DNA of 64,000 bases from Octopus sinensis. Its lineage: Eukaryota. A program made the translations under genes and the position numbers. The DNA is taken from NCBI RefSeq assembly GCF_006345805.1, contig NC_043012.1:25916001-25980000 (forward strand), given 5' to 3'. Below the pieces are notes generated by a model that was given only the letters and a program-made list of their open reading frames with translations, did not search any database and was not told the origin of the DNA. This document shows, one piece after another, positions 63,867 to 64,000 of the stretch (position 1 is the stretch's first letter; each line of letters opens with the position of its first letter).

Positions 63867-64000
63867 GTAAGTCATCCGCACACTCCGATCTATATATATT
63901 TCAGCTCTTGGTGATGATAGCGTTTGAAGGGGCAAAGCTTTTTATATATCCTGAATACTCTGACGTGAAGGGGACATCTATCTTTTGTCCTCTCTGGAAA

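Overview
AT-rich eukaryotic non-coding DNA, dense in microsatellites and transposon relics. The tRNA-derived SINE families and (TA)n/(CA)n/(ATT)n load suggest an octopod cephalopod (inference). No complete host gene is visible; the best candidate is a possible signal-peptide first exon at 63722-63866. Recognisable content: several tRNA-head SINE families, truncated R4/Dong-type REL LINEs stacked in (TAA)n arrays, RTE and CR1-clade 3' ends, Tc1/mariner/rosa relics, three Helitrons, a MITE with an 8-bp TSD, and many Penelope-like element (PLE) termini. The most notable signal is that PLE termini carry type I hammerhead ribozyme motifs. Two have intact cores (53855-53915, 61546-61641) and several are decayed. 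PLE termini also repeatedly form near-perfect fold-back palindromes, one of which would sequester the intact ribozyme. There is one 100-N gap. Nearly all ORF-track entries are microsatellite artefacts or TE fragments. Internal boundaries of decayed elements are approximate.
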